Shown: positions 56,132-64,000 of the stretch, piece after piece | How the letters are laid out: every line of letters begins with the position of its first letter | Position numbering within the stretch: position 1 is the first letter of the stretch | Assembly: GCA_963737265.1 (NCBI GenBank) | Contig: CAVTRY010000011.1 | Location: 736,001 to 800,000 of the forward strand | Reading direction: 5' to 3' | DNA: 64,000 bases | From: an uncultured delta proteobacterium | GTDB lineage: Bacteria > Myxococcota_A > Polyangia > Fen-1088 | Notes under the pieces: generated by a model | Seen by the model: the letters and a program-made list of their open reading frames with translations, nothing else | What the model was told of the DNA's origin: nothing | The model's database searches: none | Position numbers and translations under genes: made by a program

Positions 56132-58003
56132 TTACCACCACATGCTGGCTGCGAGCGAGATGACGTACTTATCGGGCTGCGGCGATCCGTGGCTCAGAGC
56201 CGCGACGTCGAGCGTGCCGTATCTCCCATAGGGCCACGGCATGATTGCTTCGACCTTGGTGGGATCGTGATACGAAGAGCCATAATTGTAGAACGAGCCC
56301 TGCAGAACGATCATCTCGTGGGTGACGAACTCGCTGCGGAAGATGAGCTTCGGCGTGAAGACCTGGAAGGATTGGTTGCTGTCACTCATGTTGGGGTTGA
56401 CGAGGTCCACGCGAAACGCCACGGCCATCATGGGCAGGAACGAGTAGGTGGGCTCGAGTCCCCACTTCAGCTTGCTCATGTTCGCACTTCCGGCCGGAAT
56501 GGTCACGTTGTCAGCTCCAAGTGCGGTGGTCCCAGAGACCTTGTTGTACATACCAAACAACGTGACCGATAGGTCGGCGGCCTGGCCCCAGAACGGCCGC
56601 GGCCGCATCATGAAGGCGGCCATGCTGAAGGTATACTGCCCCGCGATGGTGTCGACGCTGCCATTGCCGTCGGCAAAGTAGTTCTGCGCCAGCTGCCAGC
56701 CGCCTTGCGAGTGGAGCACCTCGATGGAGTCGGCAACCGCCAGGGCATTGGAAGCCTTGATGTGCGAGTAGCCGATGTACCCGTCTCCCATCCAGCCACC
56801 ATTCAGCCTGAGATCCGCGCCGTAGACCTGAATCGAAGCCGAGTTGGGAATGGCGGATTTTCCGGTGGGAGCGATGGCTTTGTCGGGTAAACCTGAAGCT
56901 GCATCGCCAGTTCCAGTACCGCCCGTCGTGGCAACGTTCCAACGAGCATCGCGCACGAAGGAATTGAGGTAGTGGCCGGTCACGGTCCAAATTCCGTTGA
57001 TCACGAGCCCGGCATGAAGGTGGGCCAGCATGTTCGTACCCTCCTGGACTTTATTACCGGGAAAGGGTTGCCAGGAAGGATAGTTGTAACAAGCCTGCCC
57101 CGCAGCGTCGGCGGTGCAGGGGTTCTGATTGTATGTGGCGGCGGTCCCCGTTTCGTATTGCTGGTACTGCTGGTCGACCTTGGCACCAAAGCCGCCCTCT
57201 ACGAGCAGCTTCATGTCGTCGTTGATTTCGATGTCCGCGGTCGCAGTCGCGCCGGCGATGCGGGTGCGGCCAAACAGGTAGGTTTGGTACTGGCCGCCGT
57301 CGTACTTTCCAAACGCGCCGTAGAAGTTCGAAAACACACCCACGTCCCAGGCCATGCCGCCCAGGTTGCCGAGTGCCTCAGGGAACTTCAAGGTCAGGAA
57401 GGCGCGGTCGATGCCGAGCTGGTCCTGCAATTCGCGCCACCCGCCGGAGGTGATGTTGTAGCTGGCGATGGAGGTCGTCATCATGACCCGCTGGTTACCG
57501 TACTGGAAAAGCAACTCGGCCCATGGGCCCGGGGCGACGCCAGTAAACATCCATCGGGTGTAGTTACCGTCGGGTACGACTGGCGGGGCATGGAACTGAA
57601 GCTGGCCCGGAGTGAGGCTGCCACTGTTGTCGATGCCGAGGCGCATCGGTCCGCGGAAGTAGCCCTTGAACTTGAAGCCCCAGTCCTTCTCCGACGTGGC
57701 GGTTTCAGTCGTTTCCGTGCCGCCGCTGAACGTCAAGCTCTGGCTGCTGAGACCGGCAGAATCGATGGTCTTGGCCTTCTTCTGCTGGGCGGCTGGCGCG
57801 ACGTCCACTTCGCTGTCGGCCGGCGGCGGGGGAGCAGGCACCGCGACGGGCGCAGCGCTGGCCGCCGGGACTTGGATTGGGGCCGCGGGTTTCCCGCCCT
57901 GCGTGAGCGAGTCGTCCGAAGCCGGCGCGCTTGGCTGAGCTGCCGCTACGCCTGTGAAAAGCAGGGTTCCGATGAATGCCGTGGATCGAATTGAACGCAA
58001 CAT
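56132..58003 (-). CDS. Uncharacterised putative outer-membrane beta-barrel protein
   Basis: Signal peptide ending VAAA-QP, Pro/Ala linker, aromatic amphipathic strands, C-terminal ISLAASMWW; 3-nt gap to GH9; alternative in-frame start at 58111. Confidence 0.7.
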   Translation of the reverse strand: MLRSIRSTAFIGTLLFTGVAAAQPSAPASDDSLTQGGKPAAPIQVPAASAAPVAVPAPPPPADSEVDVAPAAQQKKAKTIDSAGLSSQSLTFSGGTETTETATSEKDWGFKFKGYFRGPMRLGIDNSGSLTPGQLQFHAPPVVPDGNYTRWMFTGVAPGPWAELLFQYGNQRVMMTTSIASYNITSGGWRELQDQLGIDRAFLTLKFPEALGNLGGMAWDVGVFSNFYGAFGKYDGGQYQTYLFGRTRIAGATATADIEINDDMKLLVEGGFGAKVDQQYQQYETGTAATYNQNPCTADAAGQACYNYPSWQPFPGNKVQEGTNMLAHLHAGLVINGIWTVTGHYLNSFVRDARWNVATTGGTGTGDAASGLPDKAIAPTGKSAIPNSASIQVYGADLRLNGGWMGDGYIGYSHIKASNALAVADSIEVLHSQGGWQLAQNYFADGNGSVDTIAGQYTFSMAAFMMRPRPFWGQAADLSVTLFGMYNKVSGTTALGADNVTIPAGSANMSKLKWGLEPTYSFLPMMAVAFRVDLVNPNMSDSNQSFQVFTPKLIFRSEFVTHEMIVLQGSFYNYGSSYHDPTKVEAIMPWPYGRYGTLDVAALSHGSPQPDKYVISLAASMWW

Positions 58004-58260
58004 AGACACTCCCAAGGTTGGAAACATGAGGCGGCGAGCCCCCGAACGTTTATGGAAACCAGAACCGTCCTTCCGGGTCTGGATAGTGCGCGAACTTTTT
58101 CTTGCGTTCATGTCCACCCTCCAAGGTTGATTTTTGCGAATTCAAACAACCGAAGCGCGAGAGATGGGAACCCGAGAACGTGGCCGCTGTTCGCAAGACT
58201 TATAGGCTCTTAGGCAATAAACGGACGGACTGTACACGAGGTGTTTGTCTTTGTATACGG

Positions 58261-58284
58261 TCTGCCGGCGACCGCGCCGGCAGA
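58261..58284. other. Perfect 10-bp hairpin in the caspase-barrel intergenic region
   Basis: TCTGCCGGCG-ACCG-CGCCGGCAGA; no clear U-tract on the minus strand. Confidence 0.6.
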
Positions 58285-58424
58285 TTCGCTGCCCTTCGTC
58301 GATCGCGGCAGAGCCGCCAAGTCATGCGTTTGGTCTCCCGGAGGTTAGGAGTCGCCTGGCTGCGCCCGCGGGTCATCTTTCATCAGCGCGCTTCATCAGC
58401 GCGGGCTTCGGTCGGGCCGTCAGT

Positions 58425-59978
58425 CTAGAAGGCGACGACGCCGCCGAGCAGGGCGCTTCCCGCCGCACGATGGACGCGCTCGCCGTCGAGACGAAAGACT
58501 TCGCCCCCACCGTCGAGGTTGAGCGTGAGGTACGTCCGGGCATAGAGCCGCGTGCTGAAAACAGCCGCCCCGCCGTAGGCGAAGCCGAAAGAATTGGAAA
58601 TCAGGCCGTTCATGTCCTGCTGGCGCACCATCGGCACGCCAACCGTCGGCCCTAGCTGAATAGCTAGGTGGGGCGTGTTGAGCAGGGGAGCCAAAAGATC
58701 TAGGCTCGCCCCAACGCGCAGAAGCGACGAATGATAGACGTCCTGCTGGGAATCAAACGACGCAATGCTGGCGCGCGCGCGCACGGCAGCCCAGCGGAAA
58801 TTGTATGCGTAAGAGACCGTGGCGGTCCCGAGGACCGCGGGACTGCCTGGCACAACCGACGTGCTCACGCCGACATAGGCACCGAGGCTGCTGCGCAAAT
58901 CCAGTACGCCGCCTTTGCTACGCGGATTTCCCTGGGCAACCTCGACCATGCCCGCCGACTCCACCGGCGTGACACTGCCCGGGGCCAGCGCGAGCGTGCG
59001 TTCGCTGATTTTTCCCATCGTCCGCCGCACGATCCGATAGGCGCCGGCGGGAACGGACAGATAAAGGTCATCTCCCGCACTGGAAGAGATTTCGGCGATC
59101 ACGTCGCCGTTGCTCTTGTCGAGCACCGTGTACGTTGCACCTGCTTCGCGCGCGAACGCCAGACGCGCGTCTCTGGGACGGGTTCGGGTCAGGACGACTT
59201 CACCCGCGCCGGCCATGCGGTAATCGTAGGTCGGATGCTGACCACCCACCAAGCTGGCGGCGGTGTTGGCCAAGGTTCGATTGAAGGCGAACTGGTAAAC
59301 CTCGCTCAACGTGACCTGGCCGTCGTTCGAGGTGTCGGCGGCCCCGCGCAGCCCGGCCATGATGTTCTGACTGAAGAAGGATCCCCCGATGTCGTCCGAT
59401 TCCTGCGAAAACTCGTTGGCGGTGGACGACGTTACGATGGCCATGCCCTTGACCTGGCCTGGGTCGGCCAAGCGTACCTCGTAGCCCGGAGCGCGCTTGC
59501 CGCCTTTCACGCCCGTGAGCGCACCCGATTGGCACGCATCGACGAACGCCACGCGAACATCGGCGGCGCTTAGCTGTTCGAGGTACGATCGCAGGTCGCG
59601 CAGGGGCAAGCGCTCGGAGCCGAGCTCGAGCGCTTCGTTGTCGCCGTGCCCGGAGTAGTAAAAAAGAAAGAGCGTCTGATTGCCTGCGGCCTTGGCGGCC
59701 TGCAGCTTCTGTCGAACCTCGACCAAGCCCTTCTCGATGTCGCCACGGCTCGCCCCACGCAAGGTGACCACGTCCTCGAAATCTCCGGTGGTTCTGAGCA
59801 AATCCGCCAGGCGCCCGACCTCTTCTTCCGCGTAGCGCAGTCGGCGCGTGGGATCGTTTCCGGCGTTGTTTCCGGCGACGAGACCAAGGCGAACCTGTCG
59901 CGTCTGTGCCGAGGCAGGCACGACGCAAACACAGAGTCCAATCGCCAAGGCAACGATGCCTGAACACCAGGACCGCAT
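58425..59978 (-). CDS. Caspase-family (C14) protease with signal peptide and C-terminal beta-barrel-like region
   Basis: LRYAEEE, FYYSGHG (His), VDACQSG (Cys), GAADTSNDGQVTLSEVY and QHPTY motifs; C-terminal amphipathic strands ending in F. Confidence 0.88.
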   Translation of the reverse strand: MRSWCSGIVALAIGLCVCVVPASAQTRQVRLGLVAGNNAGNDPTRRLRYAEEEVGRLADLLRTTGDFEDVVTLRGASRGDIEKGLVEVRQKLQAAKAAGNQTLFLFYYSGHGDNEALELGSERLPLRDLRSYLEQLSAADVRVAFVDACQSGALTGVKGGKRAPGYEVRLADPGQVKGMAIVTSSTANEFSQESDDIGGSFFSQNIMAGLRGAADTSNDGQVTLSEVYQFAFNRTLANTAASLVGGQHPTYDYRMAGAGEVVLTRTRPRDARLAFAREAGATYTVLDKSNGDVIAEISSSAGDDLYLSVPAGAYRIVRRTMGKISERTLALAPGSVTPVESAGMVEVAQGNPRSKGGVLDLRSSLGAYVGVSTSVVPGSPAVLGTATVSYAYNFRWAAVRARASIASFDSQQDVYHSSLLRVGASLDLLAPLLNTPHLAIQLGPTVGVPMVRQQDMNGLISNSFGFAYGGAAVFSTRLYARTYLTLNLDGGGEVFRLDGERVHRAAGSALLGGVVAF

Positions 59979-59979
59979 T

Positions 59980-60753
59980 TCAGGGTCTCCTTAGTAGCAA
60001 TGACACCTGTTCTACGGGTAGGTCAAGAACTGTTGCATGCCGAATGTCACCGCCTGCGGCGGAGAGCACGGTCGCAACCGCTTGGCGCACCCCATTATCG
60101 GTAAGAGGCTCTTCCGACCAAACGGCGAAGATCCGCTCCCAGCCGCTGTGGCTGTCTAGTTCCACCGAGCCGGGCAAGAAGACCCTGGCGCCCGCGGCCA
60201 CCGCCACGCTCGCCAGCCGCGGTTCCTGGTAGTAGGGGAAGATGCGCCCCTGGTCGTCGACGCCGAAGATGAGAAGAAATCCCGGCCGGTCCTGGGTATA
60301 GGCAAAACGCAGCCGGTCGCCCGCGAGAAAATCACTGCCATCCACCGCAGGGTAAACAGCCTCGCCACGCTTGCAATAGGTCTCGACGATAAGCCGGCCC
60401 TTGACCGTCGAGCCTGCCTGGCTGCCGTGTCCAAGGGGGTTCAGCGTGGGTTTGACGAAGAGCAACATCACCGCCGTGGCCGGCACCAACAGGACAGGCA
60501 CGAGAAACCGGAGCCAAGTCCGCCTGGCCTTACGCCGATTCACTATGTCCAGGATTGCGCGTGCGGCCCGAACGCTACGATCCGCCGGGTTGTCACCCAG
60601 CAGCAACGACCGCGCTTCGGCGATTTCGGCGACTACGGCGCCGCAACGGCTGCACGCACCCACGTGCTCCGAGACCGCCGCGGGACGTGCCGACTCGGGA
60701 CGACTCTCCCAGCGCGAGAGCTCGAGACGAGAAGGGCAAGGAGGCATAGACAT
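59980..60753 (-). CDS. Putative zinc-binding anti-sigma factor with periplasmic DUF4384-like domain
   Basis: HVGACSRC (H-x3-C-x2-C), one TM segment, GDRLRF and LPGSVELD. Confidence 0.8.
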   Translation of the reverse strand: MSMPPCPSRLELSRWESRPESARPAAVSEHVGACSRCGAVVAEIAEARSLLLGDNPADRSVRAARAILDIVNRRKARRTWLRFLVPVLLVPATAVMLLFVKPTLNPLGHGSQAGSTVKGRLIVETYCKRGEAVYPAVDGSDFLAGDRLRFAYTQDRPGFLLIFGVDDQGRIFPYYQEPRLASVAVAAGARVFLPGSVELDSHSGWERIFAVWSEEPLTDNGVRQAVATVLSAAGGDIRHATVLDLPVEQVSLLLRRP

Positions 60754-60758
60754 GGGGC

Positions 60759-61514
60759 CTATTCCTCGTCCTTTGAGTGCGGCGATTCTGGCGTATATTG
60801 CGCTTCCGCTTCCACCGTCCGGGGCTTGGAATGAAGCAGCTCATCCGCGATGCGGGCCATTTTTCGCAGACGATTGAAGACGGTCCTTCGCGTGATGCCA
60901 AGGACATCCGCGACTTCGACCTGCGACATGCCGTCGAGGTAGTGCATGATCGCCACTTGCGCCCCGCCCTCCCCACACTTTTCCATCACCGCCAGAACGA
61001 ATTCGCGATCCGCAAGTCCAGCTTCGGCTGAGCTGACGTGGGCGGCGTTGGCCGCTAACGTGGGCACCGCGCGCGAGTGAACATTGTGTTCGCGCAGCAG
61101 GTTCAGGCAGACATTGGTCGAGACGCGATAGAGATAGCGAAGCGCCTCCTCCTCGCGCGGCAGCACCACGCCTCGCGCGATCACGCGCACGAAGGCCTCC
61201 TGGGTAGCGTCGCGCGCGGCCGCGGGCGACTGCAGGAAGCGCCGGCAGTGGGCGTAGATCGCCGGAGAGAACTTGGAGTACAGATCCGCGAGCGCAGTCG
61301 CGGTCGTTTGGGCTTCCCTTGAGCTTTCTTTGTCGTTTTCCACGGCGCTGGCCGGGGCAGCATAGCCCACTGGCGTGGCGCCAGGAAAAATCGCTTCCGT
61401 GCACGCCCAAGGCATCGGCACGAACACCTCGCCCCGGCCGTCGCGGACTTCGGCCCCGCGAGATGCCCCGGCCGCGCCTGCCAAGAAAGCAGCGCCGGTG
61501 CACAACCCATTCAT
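60759..61514 (-). CDS. ECF RNA polymerase sigma factor
   Basis: Region 2 (ARDATQEAF, LYRVSTNVCLN) and region 4 (GMSQVEVADVLGITRRTVFNRL); start uncertain (61514, 61415 or further downstream). Confidence 0.9.
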   Translation of the reverse strand: MNGLCTGAAFLAGAAGASRGAEVRDGRGEVFVPMPWACTEAIFPGATPVGYAAPASAVENDKESSREAQTTATALADLYSKFSPAIYAHCRRFLQSPAAARDATQEAFVRVIARGVVLPREEEALRYLYRVSTNVCLNLLREHNVHSRAVPTLAANAAHVSSAEAGLADREFVLAVMEKCGEGGAQVAIMHYLDGMSQVEVADVLGITRRTVFNRLRKMARIADELLHSKPRTVEAEAQYTPESPHSKDEE

Positions 61515-61879
61515 CAAAGCTCCGCGTTCCATCTCCCCAACCTTAGAACAACCCTTCCCATGACAATGGGAATGGCTCCAACCTCGTCGCAGGTACGCTT
61601 TTCCCGATCGACGCGCACCGGTTTCTTGGTTGTTTCCTGGCAGCCCGTGGTGAAGGTCTCCACGTCGCCGTTCGGGCGGATTCTGGGCCGTTTGCTGACC
61701 TTGGAGGCCTGGGAGGGTTCCAACCCTCCCGCGCCCAGAGCGGTCGAGCATAGCTCGCCCGCTCTCCCGCGTATGCGTCGCCGCTCGCTTGAATACCTCT
61801 AGTATTCGGCGCTTCGCTGCTCCTTGCGTCCGGCCCGAATCCGCTCCGAACGGCTCGATCCGACTTCCACCGCGGTCTG

Positions 61880-63748
61880 CTAGTAGATCGGAATCGCGGG
61901 CGGAATCGAGATCATGTCCCAGACCGGAGTGGTGTTCACGTAGGTAACCGGATCCGTCGGCGGCGCCTGCCACCACAGGTAAATCGACGGGTAGGTCGTG
62001 TACTTGCCGTTCTCCAGCGAAATCGCGGTCAGATAGAGTTGCGAAATCTCACGCGCCACACCGTCATACTGCGAGGTCTGCTTGGGTAGCCCCGCGCGGT
62101 TGGAAGAAAAGACAACCCAATAGTAGGTGCGGCCGGCACTGTTGGTCTGGGCCTGAGGCGCCCACTTGGGGAAGTGGTTATTGACGCCAGGGCTGGTCTT
62201 GCCCGTACACGCCACCGGGTCATTGGCGGCCAGACGAACCGCCGTGCCGGCGCCAGGCGCTTTGCCCAAGGGCACGAAGAAGATCTCGGCCGCGGGGTTG
62301 GCGTACATCACGCCGCCCGCGGCAATGCGATCGAAGAGAACCATGGTGTCGTCGGGAGCGTAGGCGGCGTAGTACTCCTCCCAGTTCCTATCCGAGGCAC
62401 CGGGTACAGGCTTGGCATCACCGCCATTGCCGCCGTTGTAGGGCACCACGTAGAGATCCGTCGCGCCCACCTGCAAGCGCCCGTCCATGTTGCCCCCAGC
62501 CGTGGATGCGTAAATGATGTTGGTGCCGTCGTGGCTCCAGGTCGGAAAGGCGACGCCGTTGGGATCGCCGTTGCGCGCGACGATGCCGTAGTTTCCGGCC
62601 GCAGCCTGCGCGATGGGCTGCTGGTTAGTACCCACCGTCTGCACAGTGGGTGGTGGGGGCGAGTCGAGGTTGTACCAAACCAGTTTCGCGAGCTGCTTAT
62701 TGTCCGTGCTCCATGGCACCAACTCGTTCTGCTGGGACGAGGTCGTCACCATGATGCGCTTGCCGTCCGCCCACGCCGCAGACGAGAAGGTGCTGGCCCC
62801 GCCCCATGGCTTCTGTAGGGCCGCCAGTCCGCCGACGGAAAGGTTGGGAAGTTGGTTGCCCACGATGCCCGGCTTGACCCCGGCAATGAGCGAGTTCCAC
62901 GGCCAGTTGTCCACGAAGGACACGTAACCCGAGTCGGGCGTGGCCGAGTGGCAGCCGATGCAGGAAGGCTTACGGATGCTTGCGGACTGATCCCGGCTGG
63001 GCTGCGTCACGTCCGGGAACTTCAGGGTGTCCGCCACGCCTTCCTCGCCCACGGTGAAGCCGCGCAAGAAGGAGCTGGTTGGCGAGACCGTCGTTAGGTT
63101 CTGGTTGTTGACCGCCGTGGGATCCGCGGCCCAGAACACGATGCTGCCCGCGGCGCTCGCGGATGCAATCTGAAATTTCACCACGGTCGCACCGCCCCCG
63201 GCAGCCCGAACCGTAACCGTGATGTCGGATTCGTGTACATGCTTCGACAGGCCGGTCCACACATCTTTTGGCATGATCCACGAGCTGGCCGTGGTGTAGA
63301 CGACGAGGTCATTTGCCTCGAGGTCGGCGTGGATGGTGATTTGGGTGAGGCCGGTCGTTCCCGTCCAGCGAATGCGCGGACGGGTCCAGTTGTAGGGAAA
63401 GAGCGAGCCATCCTCCGGCTCGACCAGGCACGGGCCGGCTCCCGACGGCGTCCCGGAGAACTGGCTGGCCGCATTCGGCGGCGCGCCCGTGTCCGTGATG
63501 GGGGAGGAGGAAAAATCGGTACAAGCAGTTGGATTGTCGCAGGCTACGGGAGCCGCGCCCTGGTCGGGGGTCGTCACCGTGGTCGAGGTGATGGTGTCGG
63601 TGCCGATGCTCGGCCCGGTCGCTCCGCCGCCTCCGCTGTTGCCGCCACCGCTGTTTGCCGACGAGCCACCTACTATGTGCGCGCCTGCGCACCCGAGGAA
63701 AGGCAGCCCAAATGCCAGACAGGAAATGATTCGTATCGTTCGTTTCAT
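61880..63748 (-). CDS. TolB-like beta-propeller lipoprotein with a CXXCH motif
   Basis: FLGC lipobox, Gly/Thr linker, CIGCH, and PD40-like repeats (FPTWSHDG, YAPDD, FPKWAP, WVVFSSNR). Confidence 0.75.
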   Translation of the reverse strand: MKRTIRIISCLAFGLPFLGCAGAHIVGGSSANSGGGNSGGGGATGPSIGTDTITSTTVTTPDQGAAPVACDNPTACTDFSSSPITDTGAPPNAASQFSGTPSGAGPCLVEPEDGSLFPYNWTRPRIRWTGTTGLTQITIHADLEANDLVVYTTASSWIMPKDVWTGLSKHVHESDITVTVRAAGGGATVVKFQIASASAAGSIVFWAADPTAVNNQNLTTVSPTSSFLRGFTVGEEGVADTLKFPDVTQPSRDQSASIRKPSCIGCHSATPDSGYVSFVDNWPWNSLIAGVKPGIVGNQLPNLSVGGLAALQKPWGGASTFSSAAWADGKRIMVTTSSQQNELVPWSTDNKQLAKLVWYNLDSPPPPTVQTVGTNQQPIAQAAAGNYGIVARNGDPNGVAFPTWSHDGTNIIYASTAGGNMDGRLQVGATDLYVVPYNGGNGGDAKPVPGASDRNWEEYYAAYAPDDTMVLFDRIAAGGVMYANPAAEIFFVPLGKAPGAGTAVRLAANDPVACTGKTSPGVNNHFPKWAPQAQTNSAGRTYYWVVFSSNRAGLPKQTSQYDGVAREISQLYLTAISLENGKYTTYPSIYLWWQAPPTDPVTYVNTTPVWDMISIPPAIPIY

Positions 63749-63764
63749 GGCGTCACCCCCAGAC

Positions 63765-64000
63765 TTAGAATTCCCACCGAATGCCCGAGGTGAGATCGAG
63801 CACGGCCGAGTCATTTGGAATACCCACGAGGAATTGAGCGTCGATCGTCCATCGAAAATGCCTGTTTAGCTTGACAAGGATTCCCGTTCCCGCACCCGCC
63901 ACGAACGGTCCGCCGCGAACCGTATCCTTGACGGTTCCCCTGGAAGTGCCGTCGGGGTTGATGATCTGTGCCGTCACCCGGAAGCGGAAGCCTTCACCCG
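63765..64000 (-). CDS. C-terminal fragment of a probable outer-membrane beta-barrel protein (5' end outside the window)
   Basis: Frame is open to the right edge; amphipathic strands ending in LTSGIRWEF. Confidence 0.6.
   Translation of the reverse strand, partial: GEGFRFRVTAQIINPDGTSRGTVKDTVRGGPFVAGAGTGILVKLNRHFRWTIDAQFLVGIPNDSAVLDLTSGIRWEF

Overview
High-GC chromosomal window, most likely from a Myxococcota (Polyangia-like) bacterium. This is inferred from gene content: a DUF6178-like protein, a GldAFG-like ABC system with DUF4340, an ECF sigma/anti-sigma/caspase trio and Gly-rich lipoproteins. Most of it is housekeeping: tilS-ftsH-folP-glmM-pdxJ-nnr, pit/DUF47, skp-fabZ, large-type purL, M32 carboxypeptidase, PPi-type pfk plus fba, an isc operon, tkt, queD, lipA, cysE and Smr. 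Main points of interest: (1) Two two-gene cellulase operons with lipoprotein-anchored enzymes. One is a CBM-like lipoprotein plus GH48; the other is an uncharacterised outer-membrane barrel plus CBM4-Ig-GH9. They share a 16/21-nt upstream motif. (2) An ECF sigma, a zinc-binding anti-sigma and a caspase-like protease with a C-terminal barrel lie directly upstream of the GH9 operon. (3) The isc operon is headed by a MerR-family regulator with a Cys-rich tail instead of IscR, with a dyad overlapping a TTGACA. (4) Three intergenic short-period repeat/hairpin elements (6-, 7- and 9-mers). Six single-base insertions (purL, hscA, iscS x3, a PPC-repeat gene) and one in-frame TAG in iscS are most likely sequencing or assembly errors. 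I saw no rRNA, tRNA, CRISPR array or transposase. All family calls come from motif recognition by eye, not database searches.
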